From NCBI GenBank assembly GCA_964607515.1, contig CAZSKU010000001.1:62968-126967 (forward strand): a stretch of 64,000 nt of DNA. Reading direction: 5' to 3'. Below are positions 29,239-38,330 of this stretch, one piece after another. The DNA comes from an uncultured bacterium (GTDB taxonomy: Bacteria; Fermentibacterota; Fermentibacteria; Fermentibacterales; JCC-6). Position 1 is the stretch's first letter, and each line of letters starts with the position of its first letter. Made by a program: the position numbers and the translations under genes. The notes beneath the pieces were generated by a model, which saw nothing but the letters and a program-made list of their open reading frames with translations, was not told the DNA's origin and searched no databases.

Positions 29239-30024
29239 TCAGACGATCAGACCGAGCCGCTTGAACTTCACCTTGAAGGTTTCCAGAAGCTCGTTTTCCG
29301 GAAATTCCGCGACCCCTTCCTCGACCAGGACGGCGGCGTCTTCCCACCGGTCCTCCTGGACCATCTGGCGTATCCTTCCGATAAGGTCTTCGACGGAATC
29401 CGCGGAATCCTCCATCAAGTCGGCTTCTTCATCCTCCAGGTCCACATCGTGGGTGAAATTCCCGTCGAAGTCGGTATCCCCGCCGGACGAGGCCTCCAGG
29501 TCCGCAAGGAGTTCCGCCAGGCCGGAGACTTCGGGCAGGATGGCGAAGGCCTGTCTCGCAGCGGTGACCGCGTCGGCCATCGCGCCCTTCTCCATCTTTT
29601 TACGGGCCACCGAGACCAGGTTCTCCGCCTTGAGAGCGGTTGTGAGGGTTGACAGCCTCTCCTCCAAAAGGGCGTTGTCGGGAAAGATCTGTCTGGCCTT
29701 TTTCAGATAAGCCAGAGCCTTGGCGTTGTCGCCTTCCCGGCGGCACTGCTCGGAAAGGTTCAGTGCTTTATCCAGCTTGGGGTCCATGGCCATGGGGTCT
29801 GTCCTTTCGGGAGGTATGACAGGGATGGGATCATCGGCAACCTTCGGCGCTTTCTTACGGACACCCTCCTCCTCCAGGGCGAGAATCGAGTCCGTGATGA
29901 CCAGTTCGTCTGGGTCCAGGGCCAGGGCTTTACGGATAAGTTCCAGGGCCCTCTCCCTGTTTCCGGACAGGGCCGTTCTCCTGGCTTCGGCGATAAGGTC
30001 GCGAACCTTTTCCTGCTCGGTCAC
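29239..30024 (-). CDS. TPR-repeat protein with acidic linkers
   Basis: Repeated helical pairs (ALELIRKALALDP, ALAYLKKARQIFP, AARQAFAILP, VEEGVAEFP); GGAGG upstream. Confidence 0.8.
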   Translation of the reverse strand: MTEQEKVRDLIAEARRTALSGNRERALELIRKALALDPDELVITDSILALEEEGVRKKAPKVADDPIPVIPPERTDPMAMDPKLDKALNLSEQCRREGDNAKALAYLKKARQIFPDNALLEERLSTLTTALKAENLVSVARKKMEKGAMADAVTAARQAFAILPEVSGLAELLADLEASSGGDTDFDGNFTHDVDLEDEEADLMEDSADSVEDLIGRIRQMVQEDRWEDAAVLVEEGVAEFPENELLETFKVKFKRLGLIV

Positions 30025-30137
30025 AGGCCTTCCTACCTCCGATGAACGGATCGGGAATGAATACCACCGGGGAAACCGGATGCAATATAATCACGGTGGT
30101 TTGCGGCGAAACCCCCAGACTTCCGAAAGGTCCGGCG

Positions 30138-31883
30138 ATGAGTCTTTCCAGTATTCTCTCCAGGCTTAGACCAGCTCCCAGAATGGTGAGCAGGGGGGCA
30201 GGCTCCGTCAGGTTCGTGGACCTGTCCCTGCGGGACGGGCAGCAGTCCCTTCTGGCCACCAGGATGTCCACGCCCCAGGTGATGCGGCTCATGGGGCCCA
30301 TTCTGGACACCGGCGTCACCCTCATGGAGGTGTGGGGAGGAGCCGTCCTGGACAGCGCCATGCGCTTTCTCGACGAAAATCCCTTCGAAAGGCTCAGCCT
30401 CATGAGCGAAAAGGCACGTCCCTACCGGGCGGGGCTTAGAACCCTTTCCCGGGGACAGAACCTTTTCGGGTACGACCCCTATCCCGACGACATTGTAAGG
30501 GACTTCAACACGGAGGCCGTCAAGGCGGGCACTACGGTGATGCGTATCTTCGATGCGCTGAACTACGCCCCGAACTTCAAGGCGGCCCTTGCCGGGGTCA
30601 GGGAGGCTGGGGGCGTCTTCGACGCGGCGGTGTGCTACACCACCGGCACGCCCTACGACACCGGCTACTTCGTGGACAAGGCCCTGGAGCTTCAGGAACT
30701 CGGGGCGGACATGGTCAGCGACAAGGACATGGCCGGGCTGAAGTCGCCCGTGGAGGCATGGGAGTACTACAGCGGCCTCAAGGCCAGGTTAAGGGTTCCG
30801 GTTGTGAGCCACACCCATTGCACCCCCGGATACGGCCACATCTCCGCGGTGATAGCCATGCTGTGCGGGGTGGACATGATAGACACAGCCTTCCTTCCCA
30901 TGGCGGGGGGCAGTTCCCATCCGTCGGCGGAGTTGCTGGGGGTTTTCGCCGAGGTTCTGGGTATGGACACCGGTATGGACCTCTCCGAGAAGGCCCTGGA
31001 ACCCCTTCACAGGGAGATGAAAACGGTTGTGGAGGAAGTCTCCGGAAAGTTCGGGCTCAAGGTGCACAGTTCCACATGGCCCGGCCGGGAGAGGCTGCTT
31101 CCCATGGCCGGGAAGACCCTGGGCCATCTGGCCCGGGGAAGGATTTCCGAGGCTCTGGAAACGGTTCACCGCATGGAGGAGCTCTGCGGCTTTCCCCCGC
31201 CGGACCTGAAGGTCCTCGAAGCCCAGATTCCCGGGGGGATGTACTCCAATTTCGTGAACCAGCTTTCCCGGGACGGCAAGTCCGAGTATCTGGGCCGTGC
31301 GCTGGAGGCGGTTCAGGAAGTCAGGAAGAAGGCCGGATGGTGCCCCCTGGTGACTCCGACCAGCCAGATAGTCGGAGTGAAAGCCTATTTCACGGCCATG
31401 GGGAAGAGCGTGAATCCTGTCCAGTTCGTGAACCTCATCGCCGGGTACTACGGCAAGACCCCGTTTCCCGTGAGCCCCGACTATCGCCTGGAGGTGTGCG
31501 GTTTCAGGGAAGAGAGGGAGTACGATTCCTCGTCCTTCGACCGGGAGATCCCCCTGGCCTCGGGAACCGGTCTGCCCCTGGCGGAAACCTCCCACGAGAA
31601 ACTCCTCTACTACCTCTTCCCCGACAGTTCCGGCAAAGCCTACCTGGAGAAGAAGAGGCAGGCCGAGTGGAGCAGCATGGAGACCGCGGCAAGGGAGGAG
31701 GAGGCCAGGGTTCTTGAGTCCCGCCGGCGGGAGCTTCGGGACAATGCTCTGGTCAACCGGTTCTCCGATGACATGGAAACCCTTTCCGAAAGGCTCTCCA
31801 AGGCCGTCGGAAGTTCCAGGGACGAAAGCGACCCCGACAATCTCGACCAGATAGCGGACCTGGTCTCGGACATCGGGGATTGA
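30138..31883 (+). CDS. Pyruvate/oxaloacetate carboxyltransferase subunit (PycB/OadA/transcarboxylase 5S-like), no biotinyl domain
   Basis: LRDGQQSLLATRM, EVWGGA, RGQNLFGY, RIFDALN, KDMAG, HTH, QIPGGM, LVTPTSQIVG. No EAMKM motif. Confidence 0.88.
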   Translation: MSLSSILSRLRPAPRMVSRGAGSVRFVDLSLRDGQQSLLATRMSTPQVMRLMGPILDTGVTLMEVWGGAVLDSAMRFLDENPFERLSLMSEKARPYRAGLRTLSRGQNLFGYDPYPDDIVRDFNTEAVKAGTTVMRIFDALNYAPNFKAALAGVREAGGVFDAAVCYTTGTPYDTGYFVDKALELQELGADMVSDKDMAGLKSPVEAWEYYSGLKARLRVPVVSHTHCTPGYGHISAVIAMLCGVDMIDTAFLPMAGGSSHPSAELLGVFAEVLGMDTGMDLSEKALEPLHREMKTVVEEVSGKFGLKVHSSTWPGRERLLPMAGKTLGHLARGRISEALETVHRMEELCGFPPPDLKVLEAQIPGGMYSNFVNQLSRDGKSEYLGRALEAVQEVRKKAGWCPLVTPTSQIVGVKAYFTAMGKSVNPVQFVNLIAGYYGKTPFPVSPDYRLEVCGFREEREYDSSSFDREIPLASGTGLPLAETSHEKLLYYLFPDSSGKAYLEKKRQAEWSSMETAAREEEARVLESRRRELRDNALVNRFSDDMETLSERLSKAVGSSRDESDPDNLDQIADLVSDIGD

Positions 31884-31908
31884 CTCCAGCCGTCCCGGTT
31901 CCGATATT
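31880..31908 (+). promoter_or_regulatory. sigma70-type promoter of the metK leader
   Basis: TTGACT, 17 nt spacer, GATATT; would start transcription a few nt before the riboswitch. Confidence 0.6.
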
Positions 31909-31919
31909 CCGGCAGGTAC

Positions 31920-31974
31920 ACGTGGAGTGATTTGAGGCGTATTGCAACCACGTAAAAAAAAGTGCTAAAAAGCC
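31920..31974 (+). ncRNA. SAM-II (SAM_alpha-like) riboswitch aptamer
   Basis: P1 ACGTGG/CCACGT, conserved TGATTT, GTATTGCAA, A-rich L3, GCTAAAAA, and a GGC/GCC pseudoknot; directly upstream of metK. Confidence 0.85.
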
Positions 31975-31988
31975 GCCAGCTGTGCCTC

Positions 31989-32017
31989 AAAGCCGTCGGC
32001 CGACGGCTTTTTGTTTT
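31989..32017 (+). terminator. Intrinsic terminator, expression platform of the riboswitch
   Basis: AAAGCCGTC-GGCC-GACGGCTTT followed by TTGTTTT, just upstream of the metK RBS. Confidence 0.8.
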
Positions 32018-32029
32018 CCGGAGGTAGCC

Positions 32030-33190
32030 ATGAGAAAGCTCTTCACCAGCGAATCCGTATCCGAAGGTCATCCCGACAAGGTCTGCGACCAGATATCCGA
32101 TTCCATCCTCGACGCCCACCTCTCCCTCGACCCCGACAGCCACGTGGCCTGCGAAACCCTGGTCACCACGAATTTCTGCCTTGTGGCCGGTGAAGTGAGG
32201 TCCAACGGCAGCGTGGACTACGAGGACGTGGCCCGGGAGACCATCCGCTCCATCGGTTACGATATTCCGGACATCGGTTTCAGCGCCGACGAGGCGGAGT
32301 ACCAGGTAAGGATCCACGCCCAGTCACAGGATATCAACCAGGGCGTGACACAGAACCAGGGCGCCGGCGATCAGGGCATGATGTTCGGTTTCGCCTGCAC
32401 CGAGACCAGGGCTCTCATGCCCTACCCGATCCATCTGGCCCACCGGTTGCTTGAGAGACTCTCCGGGGAGAGGCGCAAGGGTACCCTTCCCTGGGCCAGA
32501 CCCGACGCCAAGAGCCAGGTCACGGTGCTCTACGAGGGAGACAGACCTGTGGCGATCACCGAAATCCTCATGTCGGTGCATCACGCGGCGGACGCCACCA
32601 ACGACCAGATGAAGCGAGACATGGTGGCAAGGGTCATAGACCCTGTGCTGGAGGTCATCGTGCCGAGCCTCGAATGGTCAGGCAACTTCCTTTACAACCC
32701 GTCGGGCCGGTTCGTCATCGGGGGCCCCAACGGAGACACCGGGCTCACCGGCCGCAAGATCATCGTGGACACCTACGGCGGAGCGGGACGCCACGGAGGC
32801 GGTGCCTTCAGCGGCAAGGACAGCACCAAGGTGGACAGGTCCGCCGCGTACATGGCCCGGTACATCGCCAAAAACCTGGTGGCCGCCGGGGTGGCGGACC
32901 GATGCGAGATACAACTTGCCTACGCCATCGGCTACCCCGATCCCCTCAGCGTAAGGGTTGACACCTTCGGAACCGAGAAGGTGGGGGATCTCAAACTTGT
33001 CGAAAAGGCAGTAAGGGAGCTGTTCCCCCTGAAGCCCTACGGCATCATAAAGGAACTTGGCCTGAAGGCTCCGATATTCCGCAAGACCGCCAGCTTCGGG
33101 CATTTCGGAAGGGCGAACGGCGACGACGGCACATTCCGCTGGGAGAGAACCGACAAGGCCGGCGAGCTGGCGGCCCTTCTTCTGAAGTAG
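32030..33190 (+). CDS. metK: S-adenosylmethionine synthetase
   Basis: FTSESVSEGHPDK, GAGDQG, GGPNGDTGLTGRKIIVDTYGG, GGAFSGKD; GGAGG RBS before ATG 32030. Confidence 0.98.
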   Translation: MRKLFTSESVSEGHPDKVCDQISDSILDAHLSLDPDSHVACETLVTTNFCLVAGEVRSNGSVDYEDVARETIRSIGYDIPDIGFSADEAEYQVRIHAQSQDINQGVTQNQGAGDQGMMFGFACTETRALMPYPIHLAHRLLERLSGERRKGTLPWARPDAKSQVTVLYEGDRPVAITEILMSVHHAADATNDQMKRDMVARVIDPVLEVIVPSLEWSGNFLYNPSGRFVIGGPNGDTGLTGRKIIVDTYGGAGRHGGGAFSGKDSTKVDRSAAYMARYIAKNLVAAGVADRCEIQLAYAIGYPDPLSVRVDTFGTEKVGDLKLVEKAVRELFPLKPYGIIKELGLKAPIFRKTASFGHFGRANGDDGTFRWERTDKAGELAALLLK

Positions 33191-33194
33191 GCGA

Positions 33195-34325
33195 GTGGTC
33201 CTTCTCCCTGTCCTGGCGCTTATTCTGGCCGGGGTCGCCGGGGCAGACGGCCTCGATGCCAGGCTGGAGGCGGCCAGAATCCGACTGGAAGAGCTGCAGA
33301 GCCGTGATTCCGATGCCAGAGAGGTGCTTCTTGCCCTGCATGAGCACCTTGCGGCGGCCAGGGAGTACTACAACGATCTGGTTCTCCGGGAGGCCGGAAT
33401 AACCATGGCCATAGAGCAGCTTGACGGCCGTTGGATGTTGGCTGACTCGGCCCGTTCCATACTCGAGAAGGGGTTGGGGGACTACCTGGTCTACCTCTAC
33501 TCCCAGAGGTCCCGGGTCTCACCGGCCCTGCTGTTCTCCCGGGGGGGCGTCCAGACCCTGGTGCGTCGAAGGGTATACCTGGACCATCTGGCCCGCCGGG
33601 CCGCCATCCAGGTGGAAATCCTCACCCAGAGCGGCGACAGCCTGGCGCACTTCCGGGATTCGCTGGAAACTCTCAGGGAGAGCGTCCGCTCATTGAGAAC
33701 GGAGATGGAAGAGCTTCAGGAGAGGATCTACCGGGAGGAGGAGAGCCAGGCCCTTCTCAGGATGACCCTTCGGGAGGAGATCTCGGCGGCCGCGGAGTCT
33801 GCCGCGGTCCTCGAGGCCCAGAGACGGGAACTATCCGCCCTGGTGGCGGATCTGCGGGTTACCTCCCAGGGCTCCGGGGGAACCGCGGTCGTGCCGGTTC
33901 AACCCGGAGGGGATTCCTACTTCGAGAGGATGCGGGGCGCCCTGTCATGGCCCGGCAGAGGGTCGGTGGTCAGGCGTTTCGGAGTCGAGAGGGATCCGAT
34001 CTACGGCACGGAAACCGTCTGCGACGGAGTAAGCGTGGCCACGGCGCCGGGGGAGACGGTCCGAGCGCTGGCCGGCGGGTCCGTGGTCTTCTCACGGGAG
34101 TTCATGAGTCTGGGGCGCATGGTGGTTCTGGACCATCGGGACGGCTGGTATTCGGTATACGGCCACCTGGGAAACCTGCAGGTGGCCAGGGGCGACTCAG
34201 TGAGCCAGGGGGGCGCTCTGGGAGTGGCCGGACCGTTGCCCGGGGGGAGACCGGGGTACTACCTGGAAATGCGAAGAGGAGCCGAACCTGTGGATCCCAT
34301 GGCCTATCTGGAGCCTCCGCGATGA
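33195..34325 (+). CDS. EnvC-like murein hydrolase activator (coiled coil plus degenerate M23)
   Basis: Signal peptide, long coiled coil, LSWP..G.V...FG, C-terminal M23-like domain in which only YGHL remains of the zinc ligands. Confidence 0.8.
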   Translation: MVLLPVLALILAGVAGADGLDARLEAARIRLEELQSRDSDAREVLLALHEHLAAAREYYNDLVLREAGITMAIEQLDGRWMLADSARSILEKGLGDYLVYLYSQRSRVSPALLFSRGGVQTLVRRRVYLDHLARRAAIQVEILTQSGDSLAHFRDSLETLRESVRSLRTEMEELQERIYREEESQALLRMTLREEISAAAESAAVLEAQRRELSALVADLRVTSQGSGGTAVVPVQPGGDSYFERMRGALSWPGRGSVVRRFGVERDPIYGTETVCDGVSVATAPGETVRALAGGSVVFSREFMSLGRMVVLDHRDGWYSVYGHLGNLQVARGDSVSQGGALGVAGPLPGGRPGYYLEMRRGAEPVDPMAYLEPPR

Positions 34326-35380
34326 AGCCGTTCTCCGGGATTACCGGCCAGGAGGCGGCTCGAACCCTGCTGACCGCCGCGGTGGAGGCGGGCAGGCTGG
34401 CCCACGCCTACCTGCTGGCGGGTCCAGAAGGGAGCGGCCGGCTCTCCATGGCCCTGGACCTGGCGGCCTGCATGGTCTGCCCCGAACAGGAGGCGGGTTT
34501 CTGCGGTGGCTGCCGGCACTGTGCCAGGATCTTCGCCATGAACCACCCGGACGTGCGGTTCACGATTCCCAGAACCGCCCAGGTGACACCCGAGGAGGAG
34601 GCCGCGCTGATGGAGGCCAGGGCTGCCGACGGTATCACGCCCCTGCGCTTTCCCGGCAACACAGGGATAGGCATAGGCCAGATCCGGGAGATCGAAGCCC
34701 GGCTCTCCAGGAAGTCCTTCGAGGGCAGAGGGCATGTGGAGATTATCCTGGATGCCCATCTGATGAGGCGCGAAGCGGCGAACGCCCTGTTGAAGACTCT
34801 CGAAGAGCCTCCGGAGAGCACCCTGCTGATCCTCACCACCTCGTACCTGTCGGGCATACTGCCCACCGTGAGGTCCAGGGCCCACTGTGTGAGGCTGGGC
34901 TCACTGGATCCCGGCCAGGTGGAAAGGATCATTCTTCAGCGCACCTCCCTGGACCCCGCGGCGGCCCGGGAGCTATCCCTGGCCAGCGGCGGCAGCCCCG
35001 GCAGGGCCCTGGCGGTTGCGGCGCGATGGGAAGGCGGCGGCGGGAGCCGGGCCCTGGGGCTGCTTCAGTCCCTGGCGGAAACCCTCGACCAGGGAGAACT
35101 GCTCGAAACTGCCGTCGGGCTCGCCCGGGAGCTGGGCAGGGACGGTCTGCTGGAACTTTGCGACGATGTGGTGAGCGCAGCGCAGGACATCCGCAGAGTC
35201 CTTGCCGGAAGGGCTCCGGTGAGCCACGGGGGCCTTTCCACATGCTATTTTACGGATGTTTTTCTGGAACGGGTGCAGGAGAGCTTCCGCAAGTGCGGGG
35301 GCAGGCTCCGGGCGAATGTTTCCCCTGCCATGGCCCTGGAGGCGGCGGTGCTGTCCCTGGGCGGGAATGGAAATAAATGA
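34322..35380 (+). CDS. holB: DNA polymerase III subunit delta'
   Basis: HAYLLAGPEGSG, C..C..C zinc site, HPD, IGQIREI, AANALLKTLEEPP, ILPTVRSR. Confidence 0.93.
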   Translation: MKPFSGITGQEAARTLLTAAVEAGRLAHAYLLAGPEGSGRLSMALDLAACMVCPEQEAGFCGGCRHCARIFAMNHPDVRFTIPRTAQVTPEEEAALMEARAADGITPLRFPGNTGIGIGQIREIEARLSRKSFEGRGHVEIILDAHLMRREAANALLKTLEEPPESTLLILTTSYLSGILPTVRSRAHCVRLGSLDPGQVERIILQRTSLDPAAARELSLASGGSPGRALAVAARWEGGGGSRALGLLQSLAETLDQGELLETAVGLARELGRDGLLELCDDVVSAAQDIRRVLAGRAPVSHGGLSTCYFTDVFLERVQESFRKCGGRLRANVSPAMALEAAVLSLGGNGNK

Positions 35381-36333
35381 CCGAGCAATCAGCCCTGGAA
35401 GTGCTTCTTGTGGTCTTCCGGGCCGGCAGGAAGGGCTTTTTCCGGAACAACGGCCCCCTCCCGGTGGACAACGGAGCCCTGGTGATCCTCGATGTGGAGC
35501 GCGGGGTGGACCTGGGCAGGGTTCTTGCCAAGCTGCCCCCCGATGAGGAGCTTCTTCAGCAGTGCGCCGGCGATTACCTCCGGGAGGCTTCTCCTGAGGA
35601 CCGGGAGCAGGCGGCGGACAACGGGGAGTTTCAGCAGGAGGTGCTCCGTTACTGCCGGGAGCGGATAGATTCCAGGAAGCTGGACATGAAACTTACCGGT
35701 TGCGAAACCCAGCTGGACAGGAACCGGATACGCATATACTTCACCGCTGATCAGCGGACCGATTTCCGGGGCCTGGTGCGGGACCTGGCGGCGAACTACA
35801 GGGCCCGGATCGAGATGAGGCAGATCGGAATCCGGGACGACGCCCGGCACAAGGGGGGGTTGGGGATATGCGGCCGGGAGCTGTGCTGTTCAAGCTTTCT
35901 GGACGACTTCCAGTCGGTCACCCTGAAGATGGTTCGAACCCAGAACCTTTCCCTGAATCCGTCCAAGGTTTCGGGCACCTGTGGAAGGCTCATGTGCTGC
36001 CTGGCGTACGAGGCCGAGTTCTACCAGCAGGCCCAGAGAAACTACCCGCAGCCCGGTCAGACCGTGAACCTCGTGGGATCGCCCTGGGAGGTGGCCGCCG
36101 CGGACATCTTCCACGAAACGGTGACGGTGAGGAAGGAGGGTGCGGCGGAAACCGAAACCCTCACCCTGGAGGAATTCGACCGGAGAAAAGGCATGGACAG
36201 ACCATCGCCTCCGCCGAAACTCGAAATCAGGCCCGATGAACCGGAAAAGGCTCCGGAAGCCTCCGAAGCCTCCAGGAGACGCCGCCGTCGAAGGCGAAGG
36301 CCTGCGGGCACCGACAAGGAAAGGACCCGGTGA
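35377..36333 (+). CDS. ricT: PSP1/RicT (YaaT) family protein
   Basis: YFTADQRTDFRGLVRDLA, RIEMRQIG.RD, GICGRELCC, KVSGTCGRLMCCL.YE; in holB-ricT-metG order. Confidence 0.9.
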   Translation: MTEQSALEVLLVVFRAGRKGFFRNNGPLPVDNGALVILDVERGVDLGRVLAKLPPDEELLQQCAGDYLREASPEDREQAADNGEFQQEVLRYCRERIDSRKLDMKLTGCETQLDRNRIRIYFTADQRTDFRGLVRDLAANYRARIEMRQIGIRDDARHKGGLGICGRELCCSSFLDDFQSVTLKMVRTQNLSLNPSKVSGTCGRLMCCLAYEAEFYQQAQRNYPQPGQTVNLVGSPWEVAAADIFHETVTVRKEGAAETETLTLEEFDRRKGMDRPSPPPKLEIRPDEPEKAPEASEASRRRRRRRRRPAGTDKERTR

Positions 36334-38327
36334 AGACAATGGCCCGGTACATGGTTACCAGCGCTCTTCCATACGCCAACGGCCCCTCCCACCTGGGCCA
36401 CCTCGCCGGAGCCTACCTGCCGGCGGACATCTACGTGAGATATCTGAAGATGAAGGGCCATGACGTGGTCTACGCCTGCGGTACCGATGAACACGGTGTG
36501 CCCATCACCATCACCGCCGAGAAGCTGGGGCTCACACCGGCGGAAACCGTGGACAGGTTTCACGGAGTCATAAGGAAGGATTTCCAGGATTTCGGCATCT
36601 CATTCTCCAACTTCTCCCGCACCACGACGCCGGAACACCGGGATTTCGCCCAGTCGGTGTTCCTGGATCTGCTTCGCCGGGGGTACATCGAGCCCCGTTC
36701 CATGAAGCAGCTGTACTGCTCAAGTTGCGAGAGATTTCTGCCCGACAGGTACATAGGAGGAACCTGCCCCAAGTGCGGTTCCACCGGCGCCCGGGGGGAC
36801 CAGTGCGAGAGCTGCGGCACCTGGATCGAGCCGCTGGAACTCCTGGAACCCAGGTGCAGCATCTGCGGAAACACCCCGAAGGTCCGGGAGACCATGCACT
36901 GGTTCCTCATGCTCGATCGGTTCCAGGAGTGGATGACGGAGTGGCTCGAATCCCGGGAGAACTGGAAGGACAACGTGCTGAATTACTGCCGGGGCTGGCT
37001 CAAGGACGGTCTTCGGGAGAGGGCGATCACCAGGGATCTTGACTGGGGAGTGCCGGTTCCCCTGCCCGAAGCCCGGGGCAAGGTTCTCTACGTCTGGTTC
37101 GAAGCCCTTCTGGGCTACATCAGCAGCACCCGGGAGTACTTCCGGGAAAAGGGCGATCCGGAGGGATGGAAAAGGTACTGGCAGGATCCGGAAACAAGGC
37201 TGGTCCACTTCATCGGCAAGGACAACATAGTTTTCCATTGCATCATAGAACCGGCGATACTCCGGGGGGTCGGCGGGTACAACCTGCCCTGGAACGTGCC
37301 GGCCAACGAGTTTTTGAACATACAGGGGCAGAAGTTCAGCACCAGCCGGGGCACCGCCGTATGGTTGAGGGACTACCTCGACCGCTTTCCCGCTGACCCC
37401 ATGCGGTACGCCCTGGCGGTGAACGCCCCGGAAACCCGGGACACTGACTTCACCTGGGACGAATTCAGGGCCAGGAACAACGAACTGGCCGATGTGCTGG
37501 GGAATTTCGTGAACAGGACGGTGAGTTTCGCCGCAGGCAAGCTCGGGGGAAGGGTGCCGGAGGGAGAACCTTCTCCGGAGCTGCTGGAAACAGCCGCCCG
37601 GGGGGCAACCCAGGTGGGCGACCTGATAGAGAGATTCAGGTTCAAGCTGGCGGCGTCCGCAGCCATGGACATCGCCCGGGAGGGAAACAGGTTCTTCGAC
37701 GCGGTCCAACCCTGGAAGACCGCGAAGACCGACCCTGTTGCCTGCCGCCGGGACCTGGCGGGATGCCTGAACCTTTGCGCAGCCCTGCAGGTGATATTCC
37801 ATCCCTTCCTGCCCTTCACCTCCGGAAAGATCGGGTCCATGCTGGGAACCGGGGAACTCCGGTGGGATTCCGCCTCCCGCAGGATCCTGGAGCCCGGCAG
37901 CCCCCTGGGATCTCCGGAGATCCTGTTCACGAAGCTGGAGGACGGTTTCCAGAAGGTTTTCGAGAAGGCGGTCAACCCCTCGCCGGTCTCCGAGGAGAAG
38001 CCCGTGGTGGAGTTTGACGATTTCGCCAGACTCGACCTCAGGGTGGGCAGGGTTCTGTCGGTGAACCCTGTGGCCGGAGCGGACAAGCTCTACCGGCTTA
38101 TGGTTGACGTGGGCGAGGAAGTTCCCAGGCAGGTGGTGGCGGGGCTTCGACAGCACTACCCCGAGGAGGCGCTGCTGGGTGCCATGGTGGTGGTGGTGGC
38201 GAACCTGAAGCCGGTCGTTCTTCGGGGTACCGAGAGCCGGGGCATGATTCTGGCCAGCGACGGAGCCGGCGGGGTGAAACTCCTGGCGCCTGAGCCCGGA
38301 GCTGCTCCCGGCGACAGGGTTCGGTGA
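36330..38327 (+). CDS. metG: Methionine--tRNA ligase with C-terminal tRNA-binding domain
   Basis: SALPYANGPSHLGH, GTDEHG, zinc knuckles, IGKDN, KFSTSRG, DFARLDLRVG..ADKL. Confidence 0.97.
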   Translation: MKTMARYMVTSALPYANGPSHLGHLAGAYLPADIYVRYLKMKGHDVVYACGTDEHGVPITITAEKLGLTPAETVDRFHGVIRKDFQDFGISFSNFSRTTTPEHRDFAQSVFLDLLRRGYIEPRSMKQLYCSSCERFLPDRYIGGTCPKCGSTGARGDQCESCGTWIEPLELLEPRCSICGNTPKVRETMHWFLMLDRFQEWMTEWLESRENWKDNVLNYCRGWLKDGLRERAITRDLDWGVPVPLPEARGKVLYVWFEALLGYISSTREYFREKGDPEGWKRYWQDPETRLVHFIGKDNIVFHCIIEPAILRGVGGYNLPWNVPANEFLNIQGQKFSTSRGTAVWLRDYLDRFPADPMRYALAVNAPETRDTDFTWDEFRARNNELADVLGNFVNRTVSFAAGKLGGRVPEGEPSPELLETAARGATQVGDLIERFRFKLAASAAMDIAREGNRFFDAVQPWKTAKTDPVACRRDLAGCLNLCAALQVIFHPFLPFTSGKIGSMLGTGELRWDSASRRILEPGSPLGSPEILFTKLEDGFQKVFEKAVNPSPVSEEKPVVEFDDFARLDLRVGRVLSVNPVAGADKLYRLMVDVGEEVPRQVVAGLRQHYPEEALLGAMVVVVANLKPVVLRGTESRGMILASDGAGGVKLLAPEPGAAPGDRVR

Positions 38328-38330
38328 GTC

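Noticed and set aside
31942-31968. AAGTGCTAA resembling a CIRCE right half
   Set aside because: The left half (TTGCAACCA) does not match TTAGCACTC; the bases are better explained as the SAM-II core.
31920-31975. GCAACC...GTGCTAA suggesting SAM-I or SAM-I/IV
   Set aside because: No AUC/GAG P1-P2 junction, and too short; the SAM-II pseudoknot pattern fits every conserved block.
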